From assembly GCA_032718475.1 (NCBI GenBank), contig JAUCBJ010007935.1, positions 1 to 62,700 on the forward strand: a stretch of 62,700 nt of DNA. The letters are read 5' to 3'. Below the pieces are notes generated by a model. That model was given only the letters and a program-made list of their open reading frames with translations. It was not told the origin of the DNA and ran no database searches. This DNA is from Nemertoderma westbladi (Eukaryota; Animalia; Xenacoelomorpha). Each line of letters opens with the position of its first letter. Within the stretch, counting starts at the first letter, position 1. Both the position numbers and the translations under genes were made by a program. Of the stretch, positions 24,601 to 35,885 are shown piece by piece.

Positions 24601-27600
24601 TTTAAGCTTGGGTATTGGAATCCAGGCTATAATAATGCTGTTTACGCTTAGGTTTTGGAACCCAGGCTATAATAATGCTGTTTATGCTTGGGTTTTGGAA
24701 CCCAGGCTATATTAATGCTGTTTAAACTTGGGTTTTGGAACCCAGGCTATAATAATGCTGTTTAAGCTTGGGTTTTGGAACCCAGGCTATAATAATGCTG
24801 TTTAAGCTTGGGTTTTGGAACCCAGGCTATAATAATGCTGTTTAAGCTTGGGTTTTGGAACCCAGGCTATAATAATGCTGTTTAAGCTTGGGTTTTGGAA
24901 CCCAGGCTATAATAATGCTGTTTAAGCTTGGGTTTTGGAACCCAGGCTATAATAATGCTGTTTAAGCTTGGGTTTTGGAACCCAGGCTATAATAATGCTG
25001 TTTAAGCTTGGGTTTTGGAACCCAGGCTATAATAATGCTGTTTAAGCTTGGGTTTTGGAACCCAGGCTATAATAATGCTGTTTAAGCTTGGGTTTTGGAA
25101 CCCAGGCTATAATAATGCTGTTTAAGCTTGGGTTTTGGAACCCAGGCAATAATAATGCTGTTTAAGCTTGGGTTTTGGAATCCAGGCTATAATAATGCTG
25201 TTTAAGCTTGGGTTTTGGAACCCAGGCTATAATAATGCTGTTTAAGCTTGGGTTTTGGAACCCAGGCAATAATAATGCTGTTTAAGCTTGGGTTTTGGAA
25301 CCCAGGCTATAATAATGCTGTTTAAGCTTGGGTTTTGGAACCCAGACTATAATAATGCTGTTTAAGCTTGGGTTTTGGAACCCAGGCTATAATAATGCTG
25401 TTTAAGCTTGGGTTTTGGAACCCAGGCTATAATAATGCTGTTTAAGCTTGGGTTTTGGAACCCAGGCTATAATAATGCTGTTTAAGCTTGGGTTTTGGAA
25501 CCCAGGCTATAATAATGCTGTTTAAGCTTGGGTTTTGGAACCCAGGCTATAATAATGCTGTTTAAGCTTGGGTTTTGGAATCCAGGCTATAATAATGCTG
25601 TTTAAGCTTGGGTTTTGGAACCCAGGCTATAATAATGCTGTTTACGCTTAGGTTTTGGAACCCAGGCTATAATAATGCTGTTTACGCTTATGTTTTGGAA
25701 TCCAGGCTATAATAATGCTGTTTAAGCTTGGGTTTTGGAACCCAGGCTATAATAATGCTGTTTACGCTTATGTTTTGGAACCCAGGCTATAATAATGCTG
25801 TTTACGCTTATGTTTTGGAATCCAGGCTATAATAATGCTGTTTAAACTTGGGTTTTGGAACCCAGGCTATAATAATGCTGTTTAAACTTGGGTTTTGGAA
25901 CCCAGGCTATAATAATGCTGTTTAAACTTGGGTTTTGGAACCCAGGCTATAATAATGCTGTTTAAACTTGGGTTTTGGAACCCAGGCTATAATAATGCTG
26001 TTTACGCTTAGGTTTTGGAACCCAGACTATAATAATGCTGTTTAAGCTTGGGTTTTGGAACCCAGGCTATAATAATGCTGTTTAAGCTTGGGTTTTGGAA
26101 CCCAGGCTATAATAATGCTGTTTAAGCTTGGGTTTTGGAACCCAGGCTATAATAATGCTGTTTAAGCTTGGGTTTTGGAACCCAGGCTATAATAATGCTG
26201 TTTAAACTTGGGTTTTGGAACCCAGGCTATAATAATGCTGTTTAAACTTGGGTTTTGGAACCCAGGCTATAATAATGCTGTTTACGCTTAGGTTTTGGAA
26301 CCCAGGCTATAATAATGCTGTTTAAGCTTGGGTTTTGGAACCCAGGCTATAATAATGCTGTTTAAGCTTGGGTTTTGGAACCCAGGCTATAATAATGCTG
26401 TTTAAGCTTGGGTTTTGGAACCCAGGCTATAATAATGCTGTTTAAGCTTGGGTTTTGGAACCCAGGCTATAATAATGCTGTTTAAGCTTGGGTTTTGGAA
26501 CCCAGGCTATAATAATGCTGTTTAAGCTTGGGTTTTGGAACCCAGGCTATAATAATGCTGTTTAAGCTTGGGTTTTGGAACCCAGGCTATAATAATGCTG
26601 TTTAAGCTTGGGTTTTGGAACCCAGGCTATAATAATGCTGTTTAAGCTTGGGTTTTGGAACCCAGGCTATAATAATGCTGTTTAAGCTTGGGTTTTGGAA
26701 CCCAGGCTATAATAATGCTGTTTAAGCTTGGGTTTTGGAACCCAGGCTATAATAATGCTGTTTAAGCTTGGGTTTTGGAACCCAGGCAATAATAATGCTG
26801 TTTAAGCTTGGGTTTTGGAATCCAGGCTATAATAATGCTGTTTAAGCTTGGGTTTTGGAACCCAGGCTATAATAATGCTGTTTAAGCTTGGGTTTTGGAA
26901 CCCAGGCTATAATAATGCTGTTTAAGCTTGGGTTTTGGAACCCAGGCTATAATAATGCTGTTTAAGCTTGGGTTTTGGAACCCAGGCTATAATAATGCTG
27001 TTTAAGCTTGGGTTTTGGAACCCAGGCTATAATAATGCTGTTTAAGCTTGGGTTTTGGAACCCAGGCTATAATAATGCTGTTTAAGCTTGGGTTTTGGAA
27101 CCCAGGCTATAATAATGCTGTTTAAGCTTGGGTTTTGGAACCCAGGCTATAATAATGCTGTTTAAGCTTGGGTTTTGGAATCCAGGCTATAATAATGCTG
27201 TTTAAGCTTGGGTTTTGGAACCCAGGCTATAATAATGCTGTTTACGCTTAGGTTTTGGAACCCAGGCTATAATAATGCTGTTTACGCTTAGGTTTTGGAA
27301 TCCAGGCTATAATAATGCTGTTTAAGCTTGGGTTTTGGAACCCAGGCTATAATAATGCTGTTTAAGCTTGGGTTTTGGAACCCAGGCTATAATAATGCTG
27401 TTTAAACTTGGGTTTTGGAACCCAGGCTATAATAATGCTGTTTAAGCTTGGGTTTTGGAACCCAGGCTATAATAATGCTGTTTACGCTTATGTTTTGGAA
27501 TCCAAGCTATAATAATGCTGTTTAAGCTTGGGTTTTGGAACCCAGGCTATAATAATGCTGTTTAAGCTTGGGTTTTGGAACCCAGGCTATAATAATGCTG

Positions 27601-28958
27601 TTTAAGCTTGGGTTTTGGAACCCAGGCTATAATAATGCTGTTTACGCTTATGTTTTGGAATCCAAGCTATAATAATGCTGTTTAAGCTTGGGTTTTGGAA
27701 CCCAGGCTATAATAATGCTGTTTAAGCTTGGGTTTTGGAACCCAGGCTATAATAATGCTGTTTACGCTTATGTTTTGGAATCCAGGCTATAATAATGCTG
27801 TTTAAGCTTGGGTTTTGGAACCCAGGCTATAATAATGCTGTTTACGCTTATGTTTTGGAACCCAGGCTATAATAATGCTGTTTACGCTTATGTTTTGGAA
27901 TCCAGGCTATAATAATGCTGTTTAAACTTGGGTTTTGGAACCCAGGCTATAATAATGCTGTTTAAACTTGGGTTTTGGAACCCAGGCTATAATAATGCTG
28001 TTTAAACTTGGGTTTTGGAACCCAGGCTATAATAATGCTGTTTAAGCTTGGGTTTTGGAACCCAGGCTATAATAATGCTGTTTACGCTTATGTTTTGGAA
28101 TCCAAGCTATAATAATGCTGTTTAAGCTTGGGTTTTGTAACCCAGGCTATAATAATGCTGTTTAAGCTTGGGTTTTGGAACCCAGGCTATAATAATGCTG
28201 TTTACGCTTATGTTTTGGAATCCAAGCTATAATAATGCTGTTTAAGCTTGGGTTTTGGAACCCAGGCTATAATAATGCTGTTTAAGCTTGGGTTTTGGAA
28301 CCCAGGTTATAATAATGCTGTTTAAGCTTGGGTTTTGGAACCCAGGCTATAATAATGCTGTTTAAGCTTGGGTTTTGGAACCCAGGCTATAATAATGCTG
28401 TTTAAGCTTGGGTTTTGGAATCCAGCAGGCTATAATAATGCTGTTTAAGCTTGGGTATTGGAACCCAGGCTATAATAATGCTGTTTAAGCTTGGGTTTTG
28501 GAACCCAGGCTATAATAATGCTGTTTAAGCTTGGGTTTTGGAACCCAGGCTATAATAATGCTGTTTAAGCTTGGGTTTTGGAACCCAGGCTATAATAATG
28601 CTGTTTAAGCTTGGGTTTTGGAACCCAGGCTATAATAATGCTGTTTAAGCTTGGGTTTTGGAACCCAGGCTATAATAATGCTGTTTAAGCTTGGGTTTTG
28701 GAATCCAGCAGGCTATAATAATGCTGTTTAAGCTTGGGTATTGGAACCCAGGCTATAATAATGCTGTTTAAACTTGGGTTTTGGAACCCAGGCTATAATA
28801 ATGCTGTTTACGCTTGGGTTTTGGAACCCAGGCTATAATAATGCTGTTTAAGCTTGGGTTTTGGAACCCAGGCTATAATAATGCTGTTTAAGCTTGGGTT
28901 TTGGAACCCAGGCTATAATAATGCTGTTTAAGCTTGGGTTTTGGAACCCAGGCTATAA
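15616..28958. repeat. 40-bp satellite array, ~333 monomers
   Basis: Consensus TTTTGGAACCCAGGCTATAATAATGCTGTTTAAGCTTGGG in uninterrupted head-to-tail tandem with recurring point variants. Most monomers carry a HindIII site (AAGCTT). Confidence 0.99.
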
Positions 28959-29221
28959 GTATTGTATAACTATTGTCTAAGTCAAGAAATGTAAGGAAAT
29001 CTCCTAGACATTTTCCCGAAAATTTCCTATTTTATTTTAATAGTAAATATCTACTGAAAAATCCTCGTATTAATTGCATAAAATAGTGTACGATTTGAAC
29101 TAAAATTGTTATTGTGACTTTGTGTTTTGTCAATTTCATTATTAACTAGATCTTCTAAATTGAACGCAATTTCGGAAATTATTACATTTTAACAATTAAT
29201 CAATTTTAACTCTTTCGCAAT

Positions 29222-29700
29222 TTAAGGGGGGGGGGGGGGGGTACACCCCCCTATGGATCTTTTTATAGCTTTCGGAGGATTAAATATGGCCAAAGATTGT
29301 GTTCAAATAACAATTTTCAAATTTGCGTCGCCCTCTACCGGCCACCAGCGAAATTTTTAATATCACTAAAAACACTACTAGTCTCACAGTTTTGGGCGAA
29401 AATTTTCGAAATTTAGTTTTTCTATAAAAAAAATAATAAAAACACCATAGCTACCATAACTACAGTAATAATGTTAACAAAAAAAAGTAAAATTTTTTTA
29501 TTTTCAAAAATGTTCTAGTCAGATATGGGGGGGGGGGGGGGGGGGTAAGATGCTATCATTTCGACGCATCAAAATTCATTCCACTCCAGAGGAATAACAG
29601 CCGATTACTCTCAAAAATAAAACTGTAACCAGTTCTATTGAATTTCGTTTATTATCTTGGTTAGAATAACGTGCCACTGTAACCTGCTCCTTTCCCTAAA
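29222..29700. repeat. Dispersed repeat / DNA-element remnant, related to 52280-52450
   Basis: Both copies start TAAG(G)n and share GC(C/T)GATTAC..CAAAA..AAC..TAACC and TTGGTTAGAATAACGTG..ACTGTAAC segments. Confidence 0.4.
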
Positions 29701-30056
29701 TTGGTAATTTAACATTGAGACGAATTATAAATTTGCTGAAATGTGTTTTGCGTCCAGTTTCCCTCTGTCTCGTTCTAGAAGTCCTTGACTTACCCTACAA
29801 TAGAGCTATCATCAGTGTAGAATACTCGAGAGTCGAGACGTGTTCTAGAAGTTTATTGTTACTAAGTAAGATATTGAGGAATGTTGATTAATGTAGCTGA
29901 CACCCGATATAAATAATATAAATCAAAAAAGTTTTTAGCCAGTAACAGTTTTTATTAATTTAATATCACAGTAAAAATATAATTTATTTGTATAAAGTAA
30001 AATAATTATCACAGTAAAATATTTTTTTATATAAAAAATATATAGGCCTAAAATAA

Positions 30057-30096
30057 ACCGAATGCATTTCGCCCTAATAGCTAGCTCTTCAGCGGT
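30057..30096 (-). ncRNA. Minimal type I hammerhead ribozyme of the Penelope type
   Basis: Minus strand reads ACCG-CTGAAGA-GC(tagctattagg)GC-GAAA-TGCA-TT-CGGT: intact core, stem I ACCG/CGGT and a palindromic ATGCAT stem III. Confidence 0.8.
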
Positions 30097-30291
30097 AAAA
30101 TATTTTAAATGACATCAAATTACTGTGTATAACAGTTATAACATAAGAGGGTCCAATACCAATATCTATGTAAAGTAGTTAAAGTTCCATTGTATCGAAT
30201 GTCTTTGTTGAACCTATTGTTAGGGCTCCTATTGTTGAGGTTCAGATTAGTGGTGATTGGGGATTACCCCTCCTTTTTAACACTTCAATTA

Positions 30292-32676
30292 CTACTACTA
30301 AGTCGAGCGAACTCGGACAGTGGAAGTGAGATCCTTCCAGGCTTCCCGATTCTCCATAGTTGTCGCAATTTCGATTCTCCCAAGTTCAGTATCCCTTTCA
30401 AGTTGATCTATATATGTTATGGCCGGTCGTCCACGACTACGCTCTCCATGAGTTGGTTGCCAGAAAAGTAGATCTCGTATGACCTCGTCGTTACTTCGCC
30501 AGCAGTGCCCACTGAATCTTACTCTGCGTTCACGGAGGGTGGTTGATATAGGTGGTATTGTACCATAAAGCTCGGCATTTGTCATGTGTTGTGGTTGTCT
30601 CCAGCTGATGTTGAGGGCTGCCCTTAGTAGTCTTGTGTAGCAACCATCAATTCGTTGTTTAAGTGATTTAGTCAGTGTCCAGGTCTCACCCCCGTATAAA
30701 AATACACTTTCCACTGTGACTCGAAAGAACTTAGTCTTCAGGTGCCTGGGGAGATCTGATTTCCAGATGGAATCAATTTTTGATAGAGCTACCCAAGCCT
30801 TTGCTTCCCTAACTTCTATGTCCTTTTTGCTACTCTCTATCCATGATCCTAGGTACTGTAAGTCGTCAACCTTCCTTAGTTGATTATTATCAATGGTTGT
30901 CAAGTTTCCATCAACATTAAAAGTCATGAATTCGGTCTTGGTAGCATTTATATGCAATCCAACCTCCTTAGCAGCCCTCTCCACTTTATTCAGTAGAAGC
31001 TGTGCATCTGCTAGCGTATTAGAGAGCAGGGCGATGTCATCCGCAAAGTCAGTGTCTGTGACTGTAGTTGCCGGATATCTACTACTTCTGCGTTCTTGAA
31101 GTGTGAATCCCAGATCTTCACCCTTTGCGGCCGTCCTCATTGCGTAATCCAGTACAATTACAAATAGTAATGGTGCTAATGTGTCACCTTGCAGTACACC
31201 AGCCAGGATTGAGAAAAACTCAGTTTCACCATCTCGTGAGAGTACCTGTGCTTCTGTGTCATAATATAACAATCCAATGCCAGCAACGATTACTTCTGGT
31301 ATTCCATAAGCTCTTAGGATTTCAAGCATTTTACCTCTATGGACGGAGTCGAATGCCTTCTTGAAGTCCACAAAAGTCATGACTGCGGGAAGATTCTTTG
31401 ACTTGATTCCTTCAATCAGTCTCCGTAGTGCAAGTATCTGAGCTATTGTTGATCTACTTGGTCGAAATCCGTTTTGGCTCTTACGCAGTAGTTTCTCTAT
31501 GTGAGGCCTAATCCTATATAGAATCATTTTATTGTATATTTTGGCAGCTACCTCAAGCAGACAGATCCCACGATAGTTTGTTGGTTTACCGAGGTCTCCT
31601 TTCTTGGGGAGAGGCTTTACTTGACCTTTAGTCCAAATTAGTGGAGGCTTTTCCCCTTTTAACATCCGGTTGCAAACATTCAATAATGGTCTGTTTAGCA
31701 CTCCTGTTTTCCATACCTCCGCTGGAATTACATATAATCCACTCGCTTTATTATTGGACATGCTTTTAATGCTTCTTTGGAGTTCGGCAGGTGTGAAGTC
31801 CCCTGTCTCTATAGGTAGTGTCTTGTCATATATTTTCCTTGTAGGGTTGACCTCGATGTTTGGTGGCTGCCCAAGCAAGTTGCTGAAGTGATTTTTCCAC
31901 TTCCCCACACGTTCTTCGGGACTATCGGCTTTGAGACGCCCCTTTGCGCAACTTTTCCGACCAGATACCTCATTCACAGTTTGCCAGGTAAGTCTTGATT
32001 GTTGCTGTATGTGAGCAGTTGTAATTGCTTCAATTTCATCCTATATGCACTTTTCGTGGCTGATGTTGTAGGCCAATTTAAGATCATCCTTAGCTTTCTC
32101 AACCTTGTTAATGTTTTCGGTTGTTGGTTATTCGGTTTTTACTTTGTAGGCTATCTTAAGATCGTCTCTTTTACAAGTAACCTCAGAGTTTTGCCATGGC
32201 ACATACTGTTTTCGTTTCGGTTTCTGGGGGATATGCCTCTTAGCTGATTCCTTGTGGGCTTTTATTATATTCTGGTATATTGAATCGGTGGACTGGTCTT
32301 CATCCATTGACTGGAGTGCTTCAAAGCGGTTTTGAACTTCTACTGTGTAAGCATCCTTTACTGCATTGTCAGTTCTGATTAGTAGTTGATTTGCTTGCTT
32401 GTCCTGGGTTTGTTGGCTCTCAAACTGACTCTGATCTCTGCAGTCACAATTCTGCGGTCCGAACCAATTAGGTTGAACGAGCTGTATGCCTCGCAGTTGA
32501 TCACGCTGTTTCTCCACTTTTTGTTTATAAGGATGTAATCCAGTTGTGCTTTGGTTCCATTAGGGTATTGAAAGGTCCATAGCCTCCCCTTACTCTTTTC
32601 GAATGTGGTGTTTGTTGGTATCAATTCACATTCTTCCATTAGGTCTAAAAGTAAGTACCCATTTCTATTTCTATAC
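30292..32676 (-). mobile_element. RTE-clade non-LTR retrotransposon (family A), 5'-truncated within the AP endonuclease
   Basis: 12-bp TSD ACACTTCAATTA (30280-30291 / 32677-32688) and a (TAG)n tail right after the stop codon. APE remnant (NGYLLLDLMEECEL..WTF..QLDYIL) plus RT. Confidence 0.95.
30298..32676 (-). pseudogene. RTE endonuclease-reverse transcriptase; RT part open (30298-31977), 5' part frameshifted
   Basis: NYRGICLL, QNGFR, FVDFKKAFDSV, GVLQGDTLAPLLF, FADD, YLGS and RVRFSGHCWR motifs. Confidence 0.95.
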
Positions 32677-32756
32677 ACACTTCAATTAAGGCTTAAATAA
32701 GTTTATGAAATGGTCTTCATACGTTAGTAGTAATGGCAAGTCATCAGATGGGCATT

Positions 32757-33286
32757 TGTTCACATTATTTTAATTAGCGTAATCCGAGTTACATATTTTT
32801 TGGATTTATATTTTTATGAATGTGCCAATATCAGTGGTGGGTGTGGGAGCACAAACGACGGGACCGACAGATCCTAAGCGGTCCCCGGTGCGTTGGCTAC
32901 GACTGAGCCTGAAAAGGACTCGGGCGGAGTTTTCGCATTGGGGACTTGCGAAGGATCGACTGACAGGTCTGGAACGGTTCCTGGTTGTTGGCGACGACTG
33001 AGCCTGAAAGGGACTCGGGCGCCGTTCGATAAACCGGGGATTTGTGAAGGGCCGATGACCGGACAGAAAGGAAGGGTTTGACGAGGACTGACTTCCTGGC
33101 GTGGGCTCCACAACTGGCGTTAGTACGAGCCTGAAAAGGACTCGGAAAGTTCCGACAGTTGGGGCTCACAATGGGCTGACAGATCCCTAGTTAAGCCGTA
33201 CCGCTTTCCTGAGGACCGATCCCGTTAGGGTTCGGGAAGGGTGGGATGGACATGCAACAGGGTCGAAAGACAGAGGCTCAGACTTT
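32757..33286 (+). repeat. 5' LTR of BEL element 2 (partial)
   Basis: Aligns with 38648-38746 plus 38973-39402 with scattered substitutions. Lacks ~226 bp present in the 3' LTR and is fused directly to integrase sequence. Confidence 0.88.
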
Positions 33287-33289
33287 GTC

Positions 33290-34159
33290 GTTTGGGATCT
33301 TGTCGTGAATCTCACGCAGCACGCATTTATCAACCCCCTGCGTCGGTTTGTGGCGAATAATGGTTTGTGCCGGCACATATACTCTGACAACGGAACAAAC
33401 TTCGTGGGAGGAGAAAGGGAATTAAGAGAGGCTGTCGACGGATGGTTCACTAACAAAACCGCATCATACGTCTGGAAAGAGCACCACATCCAGTGGCACT
33501 TCCAGAAACCCTTAGCACCCCATACGAGCGGGGTATGGGAAAAGCTCATTGACTTGGTTAAACGGTCCATGCGGATCGCGTTAGGGGATACCCAGGTTAC
33601 TCACGATACCTTACGCACCACATTCTGTGAGATCACGGCTACCCTAAACAACTGCCCAATAGTCCCCATACGTGATGACCCTACCGATCTGGAGCCCCTC
33701 ACCCCCAACCATCTCCTTGGTAGACCCAAGACTCACATACTCCTGGAGGCCATGTTCCAGGATCCCGAAGACATCGCGAAACACACAAGTTGGAAGAAAG
33801 CTCAAGCACTGGCGCCGCATTGGTGGAGAACTTGGTCCCAGGAGTATCTTATAACACTTCGAACAAGGAGGAAATGGAATAACACATACCGGAATATCGC
33901 AATTGGCGACATGGTACTTGTCAAAGAAGACCTTAAAGACCGCGTTCACTGGCCTGTGGCGCGTGTCGTGGAAATATTCCCTAGCAAAGATGGACTTACG
34001 AGAACAGTGACGATACGAACGGCAAAGGGCCACTACCAACGCCCTATCCAGAGGCTTTGCCTTCTCGAAGGCAATGACAGCGGTGACTCCACGAGAGGTG
34101 ATAAGTTCCCTACTCCGGATCCTGCTGCGGACATTGGTGACAATAACAAACCCGTTTAA
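33290..34159 (+). pseudogene. BEL/Pao integrase core (partial) plus DUF5641-like C-terminus
   Basis: AFINPLRRFVA, IYSDNGTNFVG, PHTSGVWE, PLTPNHLL, WWRTWSQEYL..KW, GDMVLVKE..WPVARV..DGLTRTV..RPIQRLCLLE. The first catalytic Asp is lost to the deletion. Confidence 0.93.
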
Positions 34160-34420
34160 CCCTTCCCATCCTGTTGACAAACTCTTTAAATGTGACTTAC
34201 CGACAATGATTATGGACCCCCCTTAAACCAACTGTAACCACGCATGGTATTTGTGTTTCCTCGTGTGTTATGTGGAGTCCAGCGTCACCCTACAGATGTT
34301 TCGACTGACGCAGGGTAGTTTATGTTTTGTTCACCCTGATTTTGGTCATCAGGACCAACTACCTTGGATTATCGGAAATGGGAAAGTTTCGAAGTGGAAT
34401 TCATTGTGTCCATTGCTCGA

Positions 34421-34752
34421 TCGCGTTATTCTGGTGGGTCCCTGGTGCATTCCACATGACTTCGTCGATCGAGCCTTTATGTATCCTGGTTGCGGGGCAT
34501 GTTAAGGATCCATGGTGCATCCACACGACTTCGTCAGCCAGGAAAATGTTTGTCCTGTATTGTTCCCTCTATCGCGTTATTCTGGTGGGTCCCTGGTGCA
34601 TTCCACATGACTTCGTCGATAGAGACTTTATTTTCCTCAGCCACGTTATTCTGGTGGGTCCCTGGTGTATTCCACATGACTTCGTCGGCTGAGCTTTATG
34701 TTTCTGGGAGTGTTATTCTGATGGGTCTCTGGTGCATTCCACATGACTTCAC
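34421..34752 (+). repeat. Five diverged ~70-80-bp tandem units between integrase and the extra ORF
   Basis: Core CGTTATTCTGGTGGGTCCCTGGTGCATTCCACATGACTTCGTC at ~34424, ~34501 (partial), ~34575, ~34644 and ~34712. Confidence 0.9.
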
Positions 34753-35348
34753 TTCCAGCGTTCTATTCATCGTCCATTACGTGTGCAGTTTGGGGTGTAG
34801 GCGGTGTAATGAGTCCAGCTGTAGATCCCAGACTGCCGCGTAACACCCATTCCACAACGGAGAATTCCCAAGGAGATGGTCGAAAGTAGTACGAAATGAT
34901 GAAAGGAAACAGATAACTCTACTATAAAATGAATGATGACACGTACTATTATGATGATGATAATGTGAAAATGTGCATCCCTGGTGTCTTGCGCTCATAA
35001 CTGAATGGTGGCACGTAATATTATGATAATGTTATGATGCGCATCCCTGGTGTCTTGCGCTTATAGCTCAACGATGATAGCCGGGGGGCTATAAACCCAA
35101 TGAAATGTGAAATAAATGAAGAAATGTGAAATAAATGATGAAATGTGAAAGAAATGATGAAATGTGAAATAAATGACTTGAAATTAAATGTGAAATGAAT
35201 AAACTGTAGAAATGAAAAAGACAAAAAAAGGTATAAAATGTAGAAAAGAAAAAGAAGAAAAAAAATGGGATAAAAAAGTTAAAAAAGAAACGGACATAAA
35301 AAGTAAAAAACAAGAAAAAACTGGTTGGATAATAATGAATAGCTATAG

Positions 35349-35716
35349 GGGGCCGTCCAAGTATGACATCTGCACTTTTCCCCAAAATGTTGACCCCCTC
35401 CCTCCCCTAAATCAGATGTCATCAGATAGGCGTTGACCCCCCCCCCACACCCCTCCCCTAAATCAGATTAAAAAAAATTTCGCGTCCTAATCACTGAAAC
35501 ATGGTGACTGGTAACTGAAACAGAAGGTCGTGCTACGGGCCTTCGGGGGCTTCGGCAAGCTATTACTCTTCTGCTATATCTCTTCTAGCACCTATAAATG
35601 AACATGCTGACGTCAGATTTTGGCTGACCTCCTCCCCTCCCCTCATCAGCACGTCATCAGATTTTCCCAACCCCCCCCCCCCCCCTAAAGTGCTGACGTC
35701 ATACTTGGACGGCCCC
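35349..35716. mobile_element. PIF/Harbinger-like MITE nested in BEL element 2
   Basis: ~29-bp TIRs (GGGGCCGTCCAAGTATGACATCTGCACTTT / AAAGTGCTGACGTCATACTTGGACGGCCCC) with 3-bp TSD TAG (35346-35348, 35717-35719). Confidence 0.85.
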
Positions 35717-35885
35717 TAGTAACTGTAAATGCTGAATTTAGCACCAAGAAGATGATAGATACCTATACAACAGTAATATTACCTATATTAAGTAGCAAGA
35801 AAAACAATTCTGCAGTCGCTATAGAATTCAGACTTTCTAGATTTATAGTTAACTGAATTAATTTGTAACGGACGTAATTTACAAT

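Noticed and set aside
15616-28958. CRISPR array or telomeric repeat
   Set aside because: Monomers are contiguous with no unique spacers, there are no cas genes, the context is eukaryotic and the array is interstitial with a 40-bp unit.
29226-29545. Long G homopolymers as functional G-quadruplexes (also ~35671, ~44751, ~52467, ~62689)
   Set aside because: They are parts of dispersed DNA elements, and homopolymer length is error-prone; nothing further supports a function.
32806-33570. Short ORFs with repeated SPFQAQS / TTEPEKDS peptides (also 39010-39603)
   Set aside because: They are translations of the repeated LTR hairpin motif in several frames, with no coding signature.
34421-34752. CRISPR-like repeat-spacer array
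   Set aside because: The apparent spacers resemble one another (GAG.CTTTAT.T.TC), so this is a diverged tandem repeat inside a retrotransposon.
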